A stretch of DNA of 64,000 bases from a virus, in the IMG/VR virus record IMGVR_UViG_3300017788_000011, positions 1 to 64,000 of that record. One strand, given 5' to 3'. The notes under the pieces are model-generated. The model was not told where the DNA came from. It ran no database searches and saw only the letters and a list, made by a program, of their open reading frames with translations. The position numbers and the translations under genes are program-made. The stretch's first letter is position 1. Each line of letters begins with the position of its first letter. Of the stretch, positions 46,930 to 61,600 are shown in pieces.

Positions 46930-49034
46930 ACCTCAACTCCGGTGTAAATGATATAGTTAATAGTTTGATACGGCGGTAATGTTTGAAACGGTGTGGCCAG
47001 TGTTGCATTTGTTTTGATTCCACCGGAGTTATTTAAATATTGTCCCTGTAATGCGCCAGTTGGGCCGTTGCCAGCAATAGCATCGGTGTCTGTTGGGGAT
47101 CCTGAAACATTTCTAAAACCATAATACTGGTTACCTGCATCGCCCTTTAAATCATGGGAGTGGTCTGGCAAATTGGCTTCTGTTAGTGTCACTGTTTCAA
47201 ATCCGCCAGTCAATCCAACTGTGTCAGCAGTGATAGAAGTAACACGATTGGCAGCACCGCCGCCGGCATCAATAATATCAAGCGGATTATCTCTGTTAGG
47301 CATTTCAAGACCGTTGTCCATATTGTCTCTGCCTAATGGAAATCTACCACGCAAGTCGGGCAAGGCAAATGTAGCACCCCCTAACAACAGTGAGGGATCT
47401 TTGTAAGTGTATCCAATTATGTTGAACAATGCTGTATATGTTGAAGTTAATACTTCTCCGCCGTCACACAACAGATAACCAGCAGGCGGTGTAGGACCAG
47501 CATACGGAAAAATAGCACCTATGGGCACCACTGGTATATTGGCTTTTATACTTCTTAATTTTGTTTTTCTAATGCCGGTTAACGGCCTGAAAATAATAAA
47601 CTCGTCTGCATCCTCAACATCAGTGACTTCAGTTTTAGTTGTAATGTATGTAGGGTCAATAGTTGTTGTGAACGTCAACGTTGAGGACTCAGGTGCACCA
47701 TCAAATGTAATTGTGTTGCTTGAAATATCACCTTCTAATTTAAAATTAGTAGGCTGTGTTAATCTTGTGGCTGAACCGGAAATGTTACCGTTTAAGAAAC
47801 CAGTAAATTGTGTAGATACAATTATGTCGGCGTCGACTCTCTGTGCAAACACGTTATTCCATCGATTGCCGCCGGATGAAGGATTTGTTCCGAGATTATA
47901 CAAATTATTTGTCTGAGGGGCGATATCTCCTGTAACTGCAGAACCATCCACAGTTAAATCGCCACCAACGTTTAATTTTTTGTTTATAGCAACACCGCCA
48001 GATATTACTGCACTACCAGTGGCCAATGAGATTGAATCTGCGGTATTAGTTAAAATTAACTGGCCGCTGGCTTGAACGTTCCCAATTATATCCAATGCCT
48101 CTTGAGGGTCAGTTTTATTAACACCCACACGACCATTTGAAGTTACTTTTAAAACATTAGTAGGTGTACCATTGTTGTTCAATCTCAATTCAATGCTACT
48201 GCCTGCTGTTTTATTATAGACTACAGTTGATCCTTCTTCGATACCGATCGTAGTACTTAGATCTAATCCAATAGCAAGTCCAGCATTGTTTCTAATATTA
48301 ATGTTACTATCACTGGTACTGGATACATCACTTCTAACAAAATTAGCCGCAGGAACAGCAACGCCATTTATTACCAATGCTTCGGCTTTTTCTGCTGTGC
48401 CGGTAAATCTATTTGGTATCTGCCCTGCTGTGTAAATATTTTTTGTAGATAGGTTCACCCCCGGCTGTATTGACTCAAAACCGTCAATTACAGACCTTGG
48501 AATAAACTGAGCATTGGAGAAAATTGCTAATCGAATGCCGCCAACATAGTTAGATAAAATTGTTCTACTATTATTCTCAATGTCTGCAATTGTTTCTGTG
48601 ACAAAACCAGTTTTGTTTCCTGCGTTGAATTGCGGTCCTACTAAGACCCATGTTGAACCAGTAAACAAATATAACTGTTGTGCTGTAGTATCTACCCACA
48701 GGTCGCCTATTGTGCTGTTTATCGACAGGGGCTGTGTAGAACTTTTAATCACACTACCGGCCGCTGTCCAAGTAGTTCCGTCAAAAACTTTTAACTGTGG
48801 ACGAGCAGGTTCAACTGTGGTTCCTGTATCGTACCATAATTGTCCTCTTATCGGATTAGTAGGCGGAGTTGCTCTGGCGAAATTCTCAAGCAAATGTAAG
48901 AAATTTTCACCTACAACCTTACCGTAACCTGTTACGTTTTTACCTAAAAACGTTAAACTTGTTTCAGTATTAAAACTACCGTCTTCAACTGTGATTGGAT
49001 TTTCGTTGGCCGAATCGTAACGATTTAATTGCAT
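46926..49034 (-). CDS. tail fibre protein with tail collar domain
   Basis: Same N-terminal module; VPIGAIFPYAG..GYLLCDG..LPDLRGRF; LPDHSH; PPYQTINYII. Confidence 0.82.
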   Translation of the reverse strand: MQLNRYDSANENPITVEDGSFNTETSLTFLGKNVTGYGKVVGENFLHLLENFARATPPTNPIRGQLWYDTGTTVEPARPQLKVFDGTTWTAAGSVIKSSTQPLSINSTIGDLWVDTTAQQLYLFTGSTWVLVGPQFNAGNKTGFVTETIADIENNSRTILSNYVGGIRLAIFSNAQFIPRSVIDGFESIQPGVNLSTKNIYTAGQIPNRFTGTAEKAEALVINGVAVPAANFVRSDVSSTSDSNINIRNNAGLAIGLDLSTTIGIEEGSTVVYNKTAGSSIELRLNNNGTPTNVLKVTSNGRVGVNKTDPQEALDIIGNVQASGQLILTNTADSISLATGSAVISGGVAINKKLNVGGDLTVDGSAVTGDIAPQTNNLYNLGTNPSSGGNRWNNVFAQRVDADIIVSTQFTGFLNGNISGSATRLTQPTNFKLEGDISSNTITFDGAPESSTLTFTTTIDPTYITTKTEVTDVEDADEFIIFRPLTGIRKTKLRSIKANIPVVPIGAIFPYAGPTPPAGYLLCDGGEVLTSTYTALFNIIGYTYKDPSLLLGGATFALPDLRGRFPLGRDNMDNGLEMPNRDNPLDIIDAGGGAANRVTSITADTVGLTGGFETVTLTEANLPDHSHDLKGDAGNQYYGFRNVSGSPTDTDAIAGNGPTGALQGQYLNNSGGIKTNATLATPFQTLPPYQTINYIIYTGVEV

Positions 49035-49035
49035 C

Positions 49036-49644
49036 TTAGCCTCCGATCAATCCAGAAAGACTCTGTACTCTAACTGTGTAATCAACCTGAATTAGTCGAT
49101 TTAAAGATTTTTGTACTGGGTGGAAAATGACATGTGTTAACAATAAACCAGTGCCGCCGGAATCATAACTTCTCAGGCCAAGCTCATCAAACACATAGGA
49201 AGCATTTAAATCTGTGGCATTGTCAAACGCATCCTGATTTGAAGGTTCTCCGTAATCTAACAAACAAGTAACAAGAATGTCTGTGTAATTTGTACCAGTA
49301 ACGTGGCGTATTTCTACCTTATTTCTCGAAGCATCAAGGTTAGTAACTGATCGGTCATCTACTACCTTGCTGTATGTTTCGCTGTATAGTGTGGCATTTG
49401 TACCCGTAGAGTTAGGTGTGAGATAAGTGATTGTACCGGTAGGGTCAACCACAGTTCCACCGTTTCCAAAAACCATTTCATAAATGAATCCTTCACCGCT
49501 GTTGCCCAAGCTCTTGGCCAACGCTATACTCATATTTTCATAATGAATTGCGTTGCGTTTGTTGATCGCTATTTCGCCGGTTTCGGGATACCATATTTTA
49601 ATATGGCCTTCTACGTGAAATCCTGAATGTTCTTTATTCTGCAT
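49036..49644 (-). CDS. putative baseplate/tail structural protein
   Basis: NKRNAIH, FGNGG, FDELGL, THVIFHPVQKSLNR. Confidence 0.65.
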   Translation of the reverse strand: MQNKEHSGFHVEGHIKIWYPETGEIAINKRNAIHYENMSIALAKSLGNSGEGFIYEMVFGNGGTVVDPTGTITYLTPNSTGTNATLYSETYSKVVDDRSVTNLDASRNKVEIRHVTGTNYTDILVTCLLDYGEPSNQDAFDNATDLNASYVFDELGLRSYDSGGTGLLLTHVIFHPVQKSLNRLIQVDYTVRVQSLSGLIGG

Positions 49645-49661
49645 TTTTCTGTTCCAGTATA

Positions 49662-49668
49662 TATTTAT
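49662..49668 (-). promoter_or_regulatory. putative late promoter core ATAAATA
   Basis: Minus strand, 17 nt upstream of ATG 49644. Confidence 0.5.
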
Positions 49669-49676
49669 TCAAGTGT

Positions 49677-52600
49677 TTAACCACCCCTACGTAAAAATAG
49701 TGCAGGTTTAGTAATAGATTCAGTTAGTTGCTGGCCTGAATTTTGCCACATCTGTCCGACTTTTCGTGTTACAACAACTTTAGTTCCAGCAGGTATCGCC
49801 GAAGTCAATCTAATCCTACCTTCAGGAGCAGATATTGTTCCATAGTTAACTCCATCTACTGAAAACTCTGCTTCTACCTGAATAGTGTCACTTTCAAAGT
49901 CAGGTCCAACTGCTTTGTCGTATCGAACCAGCGGAGATTTTCTCAAATGACGGCCGGCAGCAAATACATCAACTTGGTTGCATTGGCCGTGTGTTAAAGG
50001 GATTGTGTCTCTGTACCAATCAGCAATCGCTGTTTTTACCGGAACAAACGGTAGTGTAAATTCTAATGTACTGCCGTCACTGACAAACTCATAAACTTCT
50101 GTGTTATCTCCGTAGGGCACTGTTTCAGAAATTCCAATATTGTTTATTACCTGACCAGAAAGGTGGACGTCCTTAACTCCAGTTCCCAACGTTCCACGTC
50201 GGATTTGCGATAGGAAGTTACCATTTTTAACAAAATATTCTACACGTTCTCCAGCAATTTCGATGACTCCGGGTTTATTTTTTGCTCTGCTTGGCTCGTC
50301 AAGCACTGCGCCATCTATAACTTCAATTACTCTGTCAAACGGACGTAGATCTGATGCTAACTGTGTGAATTTATAGTTAAGTCTGTAATAAGAATTTCTG
50401 TTTAAAATGTCTTTAAACTTAACAAAAGAAATAGGTATAGTTGATGACTTTCTATCATCAAACTGCATAACGTCTACTGTATCTGTTTGATCAATCTGTA
50501 TTGTTGGATTTAATTTAACAGTGATAGAATCTAATAAAATATAATCAACATTGGGTGTCAATAATGTTCTGTTCAACATTATCCAGGCTGCAGAAATATC
50601 AGTGACTGCCCGCTGTAGTTTCACTAATCCGCCCTTAAATTGACTAAACAAATAGTACTGTACTGTTTCTTGTACAATTGTTGAAGTAACAAATGTGTTT
50701 CTATATCTTAGAATATTTTGACTGTTATGATTGTAAAAACTCAACACTTCAATAGTATCACCGTAGGCAAGTAACGAAGAATTTTTTATCTTCAAGTAAA
50801 CGTTGCCTGGATTAGTTCCTGTTACTTCGTAATCTAAATCCTTGTTAATGATAATTGTAACTATATCGCCTACACTGACTGCGGTAACATTCATAGTTAC
50901 TCGATTTAGACCAAAGTCAACTGAGAAGTCAATACCATAATCTTTTTTGTCCCCGTTGACAAACACAGAAATTGTTGTAGGATCAAACGAGAACGGAGCA
51001 TACTTTTGACTTTCAATCCTATAAGAATAGTTGTCAGCGGTTATGGTAAATTCATATGAATCTGGGCCTTTTAATACTGTGTTACCTTTTTTAACTAAAA
51101 TTTTACCGTCATAAGGTAAAGACTCTCCCATGGGATTAGTTAATAGATAATCCATCAATGGTGGAACATAACGAATTTCCTGCAGAGAAGCAATAGAAAT
51201 TTCTTGGTCTGGGCCGTCATAGACCACATACTTGAGCACAGAGTTTGCTGCCGGTAGCACTATAAATCTAATACCCAATAGGCCTTCTGTAGCATAAGAA
51301 CTATCGGTTTCAAAAATTTCTGCGTTGTATTGCACACCATCAACAATCACCAACACGTTTTGTGTGTCAGTGTATGGTGCTTGAGTAATAAACTCTCGAG
51401 TTGATCCATCACCGATAAAGAAGTTATTATCATAGATAGATAGTCCGCTGAAATCAAAACTCCAAATACTGATAATAGATCCTTCCGGAGGAACTGTTAA
51501 AAATGTGATAGTACTATCGTAGAAATTGATATTATAATCTTGACCTAATTTTAATAGATCGTTGTCAAGTTTAACCATCACTGAGTTTTCAGTCGTTGGT
51601 TTTTGACCGATTAAAAATCTAAATGATACACCATCAGCATTGATAGTCTTTAATATAATTTTGCTGTTGGCCACAGACACATTATCCTGTACCTTTATAG
51701 ACAGTGTGTCAAAAACATGACCTGGCACTATTTCTTCAGGAGCATGACTGGTATTTGGTGTAACAAATCCATCACCGTCTAAAGAAATATCCGATGGACT
51801 AAAACCCGAAGCAGTATTGTAGGCAAGGTCTCCGCCCGACAATTGTGTATCATAACTGGTTTCTGATGGCAATCTACTACCATCTGACGTGGTCTTTCTA
51901 AAAATTATTTCATCGCCGTTGTTAATTTCTAACGGAGGATTGTCAGTTAAGTTAGGCAGAACAAATGTTTTTGTAATACCATCACAGACTATGGAAGACA
52001 TTACTGCTTCGATATTGGTTTGATCTTCAGTGCCAAAATTAGGATCATCTAATCGTTGACCGTTTTTATATATGTTTAAAACTACGCCTGCGGCAGGAGT
52101 GTATGGTAAAGTAAACTCGTAGGTACTGTCATCGACTGTGACTATGTAGTCATCAAAAGTTTCATCATAGTCATCCCATTGTTCTGATTCCCAAGCATCA
52201 GAATCGAATCCTCCAAGCAGTGTTAATGGAATAGATGTAACTTCAACGCCACCATAATCAACTCCCTTCATTAACTGACCTAAATCCTTGCCGAGTTTTC
52301 CAGGGGCTGTTTGATATGCGTGATAAATTCTGTCGGCAGCAGACATGAAGTTAAGATCAATTTTATATGAAACTTCAATAGTTGCACCAGTCGCCGGTGC
52401 AATTTCAAACTGCACTACTCCGTATTTCTTAGTGTAGTTACCCGAAGAATCTGTTTTATTGAAAACTGCATAATCAGTTTTTAATACTGCGATGCCATTA
52501 ATTTTTACTGTGTACGAATCTTGTGTTAAATCAATTGGCCAGATCAATGCAAACTGTACTCGATTTCCAAATCCTGAGAATTCTTCAACTTTATTAACTT

Positions 52601-55600
52601 CTACAAAATCGTATGAAGAAGTAATTCTATCAAACTTTAATCCTATGGTATTAGATCTAATAACATCATTTTCTATAACAGCAGAAACTCTTGCCGAAAC
52701 ACCGTCTTCTCTGAGGCCGCCATCTAATATGATTGTAGGAGCAGACACATATCCAGAGCCCGGATTTGTTATTTCAATTTTAAACACTCTACCGCTGGAA
52801 ATGTAGGCCTTTGCTGTGGCCCCTTGACCAAATCCGCCTTCAAATCTAACAATAGGAGCACTGATATAACCCGATCCGCCGTCTGTGATAACTATATCTT
52901 TGATATAAAATCCATAATTTTCAAACCACGATCTCCAAGGATATTCTAAGATCACGTTAGACGAAGAAATTAATTCACCTGTTGAAGATACCTTTACATC
53001 AACAGGTTGTGCTGATTTGTTTTCTACATAAGAAGGTAAATCAAAATCTGTTACAGCACTTTGAGTATTGTCAAAGGATTCGTAAAGGCTGATATATTCA
53101 CGAATCTGTGTTCTAAACGGTTTAACTTCTTCAACATAACCTTGATATGCTTCAAGACTGCTGGTCTTGTATGTTGGTGGCTGATCGAGTTCGCCGAGGT
53201 TATGTATTGCTGTGACTAAACTGGTTTTAAACACCCAATCAACTAAGGTCTGTTCGCTTAGTACATATCTAACTGAGGTAAAAAACAAATTGTTATATTC
53301 TTTACGTAGATCACTGATTAAAATCTCGTCTCGTATTGTTTCAAGAATAATTCGTAATTCAATGGCAGCAAATAAGTCATAACCTTCAACGTCATACAAA
53401 CTACTGCCATATCCAATATTACCGTCGGCAAAATCATAAAGATTAGTATTAAACTGAATCGTTCCGCTTTGTCTGCCAACCACCTGATAACTTTGTGTAT
53501 AATCAAAGGACTCAGATTCCTGATATTTTTTCAACAACAACCAGCCACCTGACCCAACAGACTTAACTCTGACTACCTGATCAATATTTGTATCTAAGAA
53601 AGTTAATTCATAAGTGTTGTTTACTTGATAATCAGGTTTGGTAAATTGATTGTATCCATCCGCATACCAATCGGCATAACTCCAGAATTTAGTAACATCA
53701 AATCTCTGTGTTTGAATTCTATTCCACAGCCTGTTTTCTTTATCCCATGTATAAAGACTCCATTTACCTGTGGTTGTTGAATCAATCTTAACTAAAACTG
53801 TAAATGGTCTTGCAGTTAATGTGGGATTAGTATAATTTTTTCCTCGGCGTCTAATGATAACATCGGTTACTCTTCCCTGTACATCAATCTCTGTTTTTAA
53901 CACAGCACCGGAGCCGCCTTCATCAACTATATCTATTCTCGGTGCAATTTTATAACCGCTACCAGGATTTAAAATAGTAATTCTAAAAAATCTTCCGTTA
54001 CGTAGCTCAACTGCGAATTTTGCAGTTTCTACATTTGATGTACCAACGAATCTCAGTTCTTCGTATGAATCTACAGCAACGTCATACTTGCCGTCTTTTT
54101 CAACAGGCACCGGATCAAACTGCTGTAGTCTTTCAAGATTAAAGTTATCGGTGATTAATTTGTTGATCAACACTCTGTTTAATCGTTCAACAAATTGTTT
54201 TGTTGCTTCTATTCTATTGATAAACATTCCCTGACGAGGAACATTTAGAATACCATATCTTAATTTTTTAGGTAAATCAGGATCGGGAACAATATTATTA
54301 TTTTGATCAAGACCAACAAGACTGTCAAACCACTTAGATTCTATGTACTTAGGTATTTCAAAGTTGTTAACACCTTCAGTAATTAATTGATACTGGTTAT
54401 GAATATTCAAATCAGTTTTATCAATACCCCAATATCGGATGTTAGCATTGATCTGTTTGTCAATTAAAATGTCTCCGCAATTTATAAAGGATACTGCGTT
54501 AGGAGCAATGAAATTAATAAATTTGTAACCTTGTGCTCGCGGATCGGCAATTAAATTAGCAACGTTCAATGCACTTAATGTTCTACCGTTCACTGATGGA
54601 ACCAATACTTTATTTTTTACCCAGAAATAATACGTTGGTCTAAATGATTGAGATATTACATCATATCGTTGTTCTACAGAATAGACTGCGTCACCGTAAC
54701 GACTCAGTCCACTGACACCCTCTGTTAGGCCTTCTTCGGTATCTGCTAAACTATCCCACACACTTGGTAGGTACGGAGACTCTACCCATTCATAAATGTC
54801 AATGCTGGCTCCATCGACTAATCTATTCCATACGTTTGCTCGATATAACAAATCTCCTTGATAAGGATTATAAAATCTTGCGTTTGTTAAATCCCACCAC
54901 AATTTTCCAACTTGTTTAACATCCCATGCTACAGTGGTATCGACCTGTTGGTCTGTTGTTCCAACATCATAAACTGCGGGGTCAAAATAAGTCTTATATG
55001 CTAATTCTTGCTCTGCAATTCCTGGTAACTTTCCTCGTAACACATCAACAAAGTCTATATTTCTAACTTTTTGATTTGTCACTGTGTTGTAAAGAAATGC
55101 AGAAACAAACTTTTCAGAATTAACTACTGGAGATTGTCGACTGGTTACTTCGTATGTCTTCTTGTTTTTTGGTCTTTCAAAGAACAACAGTTTTCCAACT
55201 CGACGATTATCAATGTTAAAATATTTGGCATTAAAAATTACAGTATCACGAGTAAATGCAATTTTTTCTCCAAGATCGCTGTTGGCACTCTCAGGAACGT
55301 CAAACGATTCGCCGTAAATAAATCTGTCAGCATATCTGTCAAAAACATAGACTCTGCCTGCGTCCTTGGTAGTAGTTTTAAAATTCAAACTCTGTCTGTC
55401 AAATGTAGTCGGGCGAGCGTTTGCCTCAGACTGTGTATCTGTTGCGTAAATCGAATTATATAAATCATTAGAGTCTTCTAACAAATTACCGTATTTGTCA
55501 AATGTAGTATATACATATTGATCTCCAAATTTTGCTGTGATAGCAACGCTGGTGGCATCGTTATTAAATTTCACTCTATATCCAAAGTTTTCATTTGGTT

Positions 55601-58600
55601 CTGCCAACGGATTTGATATTACATCTATCAATGTTAATTCAAAATCAACATATTCAAATATAAAAACTTTTCCTTGAACTTTATACTGACCATCTGCTCT
55701 GGCTGCGCCAACTGCAATATATCTGCCGTCTTTGGAAATGTCAACGCTGGACCCGAACTTTTCATAATAATTAATTTCGTTGACATAATTGTAATTTGCA
55801 GTGGAAATTAAACCATCTCTAATTTTGTCCACAGAAATGGTTTCTGCTAATTGATATCCGCCAGTAGTTTTCTTGTATAGGAAAACTTTACCGGTTCCTT
55901 GTTTAATCTTGGCTACAATCTGTTCCCATTTTGAGTTATCAAACGATCCGGAAGGATATGTTATATCTTCACCTTCTTTTAACTTGTAAAATTTATTATT
56001 GTAAGAAACTTCTGCTTGATCCTGATAATTCGATTGTTCGCTGTAAACTCCTTGATAATTTTCTAAATTAAGTTGATCTGCTTCTGGTGCAGAAGCAACA
56101 ATGAGTTCAGCACTATCAGAAACAGCGAACGATGCACCAAACAAATCACCTGATTGAACTGATGCTACATTGTATCCAAGAGTAGTGGAATCATCAGTTA
56201 TGTCATCATGTACAGTAAGTGGCAAGTAGCCGGCAATATTTTCAAAGCCAGCGGGTTCCCAGTCGGCAACTTCAAACGAAGTTCCGTCACCTAATCTATC
56301 CTGCGTTGCTTGATAAACTTGATTATTGTAGTAAACGATATCGCCCTGGGAATAATCTATCAGTGGACTAAAGCCTCCGCGGAATTTAGAATTTCTTACT
56401 AACTTCCAATTAAAGGTACTGTCATCTCCGGATTCATCAAACTTAAATGTGTAAATTCTTCCTTGATTTTGATTAGCGCCTGGAGCATTGATCAACAATG
56501 AATATTCTCCGGTTTCTTCGCCGGCAAACTTTAATTCCGTGCCAAAGTATTCATTGTTATCCGGTTTAGGACTACAGAATGTAGCAGACAGGGCAAAGTT
56601 TCCTCTGTCATCTTTTTCATATATAGAAACATATCCCTGATGTTGCAAATATAGGCCTGGTCCTGGCACTGATTCATAGGCTTCAACAGGAATAACATTG
56701 GTTATTTCCCATTCAGTTAAATCTTCACCGGGCACAGTTGTAGACGATGCGCTTATAAACTTTTTAGATTTCCATAATAATTGATTATACGAAACTATTC
56801 TACCTGCGTTATAAGATTGTATTGGACTAAACTTTCCTCTGTAAAAAGATTTAAATCCTGAAGCATCAGGAGCACCAATAGCCAAGTATCTACCATCCGA
56901 AGATATAGCCACAGATTTACTCCATCCCGTAGGTACAGATGAATCTGCATAGGTATCTACTGGCAAAATTGTCTGAATTGAAATTAAAGGATCTCCGGCT
57001 CTTACTCTGAGATATAATCTTACCTCTTTGTCTACTGATCCGACAGCGATCAATGATGAATCCGGTGTTATCGAAAATCCTGCACCAAATCTTAGATTTT
57101 CTGTGCGTCTTTCAGGCACTAATTCTGAAGAAGTGAATACAGGTTTTCTGGTATACACTGCCCATTTGCCTGTGCCGTCGGAGTTTGCATAGAATTTTTC
57201 AGAATCAGTGAATTTATAATCAATTGTATTGTCATTAATAGAATCAATAGAATCTATTCGAGCAGATACAAGTTTAAACATAACGATCGAAGAACTATCT
57301 TCACTGAACGTAATATCTTTATAGACATCTAATCCTTTGAGATCTTCAAGTGTTGTTTCTAATACAATCTTATCAAGTTCTATAGATTTAATTTTATAAA
57401 ATAATTCGTATTCTGCAGGCACTGAATATAGAGCAATGTAATCGCCAACTGCAATATCTTTGATGTTGTCGCAGATAATTTCTATGGTTTTAGATTTAGT
57501 TGTTAATTGTTTTACTGTCAATGTTGATCGAGTATATCTATAGATATTCCAATAAGAATTAACAAAATTAGGAACAAAGTCTTCTTTAAAAATCCAGATC
57601 AAATCACCGTCTGTGAGATCAGACACAGACTGTGTTAATAAGTTTTCCTTGACGTAGGTGCTGATTTTTACATCGCTCTGTTGAACGTATCCAGTATCTC
57701 TTAAAATTATTTCATTGTCATCTACAGTTGGCCAAAGGTTGATGTCAGCATCGTCAGGTTTGATATACAATTGATCAAATTCTTGTCTATAAACAAAATC
57801 TTTGACAGTATTGTCGATAACACTTACTACTTCAAACGGCTGAGGATTAATTAAAAATTGTTTTTCATCTAACTGTATTTCAACTTCTTTAAATGCTTGG
57901 CTGGCACCGTACTGTCCAACACGTACACCCCAATCTTCATAAAATTCAAGGCTGTCTCTGTTAGACTGGGATACTGCATCAAAAAATTTAATTAAGGAAT
58001 TTTTGGTTCCCTTTTCAATAATATAACCCTGATAAAACTTGTATTGACTTACTGGACTTGGAATTATTTGATTTAAATAGTCCCTTGTTTGATACCCAAT
58101 AGTATGCTGTGCTAATTGTTGTTGTGCTTTATCGAAGTTTGTAGAGTCAAGGTCGTAAAAGTCTCTGAATTGATCTGCTTTGTAATCCCAATTAGGTAAT
58201 AACTGTGATTCTGGTTTACTATCTAAAATAAACCATTCATTGCTGTCAAACTCAGCCTTACCAGGATTAAACTTGGCTGCGGTATAATAGAATTGTTTGT
58301 ATTTTACAATGTCACCAACATTGTAATCATTATAAGGTGACCAGTCAACTATCTTGGCTTGGTCATAGACGAAGCCAGGACTGTCAAAACTTCCTATCCA
58401 GGGGTAGGTTGTATATGCAACAATTTTAATTCGTTCTTGTCTGAAACCAGGTTTTTGGTCAAAGAGGATATCATTAAATTCTGAAACATTATCAAATATA
58501 ACTACGTGTTCTTTTTGCACAAGGTGCAGAGTCGCACCGTAAATTCCATTGTTGGTATTAACCGTTGTTAGCGTAAACTCGTTACCGTCCCTGCCAGTTG

Positions 58601-61600
58601 ATATAGTTTCTGCATCAATTAACGTACCGTCTTGCTGCCTTAGGGAATATCCGTTAAAGCCATCTTGTACATTATCGACTACAGCATAAGGATAATTTAA
58701 TTTTAATTTCTGTGCGGCCGGGCTCAGCGCCAACAAACTACCTGCACCAAACCCCTGAGTAGTCCAGAACAAAAATTCTTGGCTGCTGGTTTTCCAGTTT
58801 TGTATTAAACCAAGATTGTTGTCGTACTTGTCAAAAATAAATCCCTTGCTTTCAAGATACGCACCGTAGCCTAAAAGAAAATCAACAACATCTTGAATAG
58901 TTTTTAAAACACTACCGTATGGTAACCTACTTACAGTGTCTTCAAATGCCGTTCGAATATAGGCAGTTTTACCGCCAACTATTGGTAACTCAGGAATGCG
59001 AACAAATTTATCTGTGTCAAAGGATGCGGTTGCAGTGTGAGTCACCTTGACTCGATAAAAAGTATTTTGATAAAGAACAATTTTTCCCACTACATATAAA
59101 TTATTAGCAGTCCACTCGCTGTAGCCTTCGCTGATTCCGCCAACTCTAATTACTCTGTCTTTGTCTAAAACGATAGGATTAAAATATTCAAATACTGGTC
59201 TTTCAAAGTTATATCCTCGAATAACATATCCGGCTGGTTGTTTTTCTACGATAACGCCGCTGTAATATAAGGTTTCGACTGGGGATCCGGTGTTTAAGAA
59301 CAACAGATAATTTTCTTCGGGCAGTGTTAACAATGATCCACTGTTAGGACTCTTGCTGTCAAGATAAATTTTAAATTTGTCTTTGTCCGAAAAACCTTCA
59401 ACTCTGTAACTTAGGTTGTTGGTTATTTCTTTTAAATCTTTTCTGTATCTCTCAATGACTGATTTTTGATCGCTGGTGATATAATCACAGACATAATTTA
59501 CCAATCCAGAACAAAATGACTTGGCAGTGTCGAACCAAGCAGTAGGAGTAACTATGTCGTTTAACTTAATTCGTATTCCTGAATCTTTATAGATAAACTG
59601 ATTGTTAAGATTTTTTATCTGTCTAACACGATCAAACAGTACTGAAAAACTTTCAGCAGGTCTTGCTACCACTACAGACTTAATAAATTGAAATGGATAA
59701 TCACTGCTTCTTCTCCATGCCGTTTCAACCGGGCCGATATCGCCAAATGCAAATCTTTCGTTGGCAGTTAAAATGTTGAAGTTACCCACAAGATTTGCAG
59801 ACATCGGATCTATTAGATTGCCTTCAGCATCTACAGGAATGTTAGACGAAAGTCCGGGTCTACGGAATCTCACATCGTATTGAACAGTTTTTCCGGGCTG
59901 TCTAACTGCACCTTCTTCAAGGTCTTGCCATAATATTAAGTTGTCACTGGTATAGGGGGCAGGTCCATAGACTGTTTCCCACCAATCGGGTTTAATAGAA
60001 AATCCAAGACACTCCCAAGGGTGTGTATGTGGTCTATCTGTATCAAATTTTAATTTGAAAATACCTCTCCAATATCCCGGCAGCAACGATCCATCGTTAT
60101 CTAACGACAGGGAATAATTATAGGTAAATCTATTTTCAAAATCGTAAAATGTATTTTCAGTGGGATCTACGTCGGTGAATGATACCCATTTATAAAACGC
60201 TGGGGATAATAAATTATCTATCACTGACTTTGATACTTTAGACGTTCTTGCTCCGTTGGGAATGTAATCAAAAATATTAAAAATTGTAGGATCGTAATTT
60301 ACTTTGATATTATTAAAAATTCTAAGTTCTAATTCTAATAATAACTGATCTCTTGCATCACCGTAGGCTCTTAATATACTACCGTCGTGGCCCTGAATAA
60401 CCGAAGATGGAGTTATATATGTGTTATCTGTAAAAATGTGAGGAACATATTTTGGATATAAACCGAGTTTAGTCGGAGTTGGCGGCACAAAAGAATTGTC
60501 TGTGCTTACATATTCAAAAAATTCTAAAATGTCTCCTATGGCCAAAGTTCCAGTTACATTTACAAATCCTTCTTCAGTAAATGTATAATCTTTTTCGTAG
60601 ATAAGTTGAGTGTCGTTCAAATAAACTAATACTGCCTTGTCCGATGCGGTGGTGTTTGAATAAGTGTCTGTCAACGGATACAATTGAACTCTATTATCTA
60701 CCACAGGAATAGTAATCTTATTTGCGGCTCCGTTGGGAATCATGTCGCTGAATCTAAACGGCATTGATTCTGTTTTATTCTTAATTAAGTTGTTTAATAT
60801 TTGATCAACACGATCTTTAACTGTACCGTCTAAGGCAAGACTTGATGCTTCTTGAATAAATGCTCGCTTAAACTTTTGATATTCTGATGAAGCATATTCA
60901 AGCGCACGAATAACATTTGCAGATTTATCACAGAGATGATACAAGGGTAAATTTAAAGGAATTGAGTGTTGTAAAAATCTGGTTCCGTATTTAGATATTG
61001 CGCCGAGGTCTCTTAGGTTGCTTATACCTGGATATGTGCCTTTAAAGGAAGATACATTTTCAACAATTGACTGCACATGATCAACTACTTCGCCAAGTGT
61101 AAATTTATCCAACGACTCGTTTAAAGGATTATGTTTTAAACTGTAGGGAGAATCATAATATCCAGAAATCTTAATACCGTTATCACTGTAGGCTTTGATT
61201 ACAAGACTGTTGCCAGAAGTTAGGTCTTGATTAAATCTTACAAATTTATAAACAGTGTCTGTTAAAATTTCATAGTTTGTTGAATCAATAAACTGGCCGT
61301 TAACAAATACTTTAATTGTTAAATCTAATTGGCTGCTGTCTTTGAAACAATCAATTTTAAAATCGTTTGTGGTGTCAACAACATCATATTGTTTTACCAC
61401 ATACTGATAAACAGAATTTTCATTTTTTATCCAACCAGTTTCATAGGTATAATCAGTTCTTGAACTGTTTATTTTTAAAAAGCCGGTGTTGGTAGAAACT
61501 GAGATGATTCGTTCTACATCTCTATAACTAACCGATTCGCTTTCAAGATCAAAGTTAAAGACTATGTCACCGACGTTTTCAATATTTTGGTAGGTCAAAG

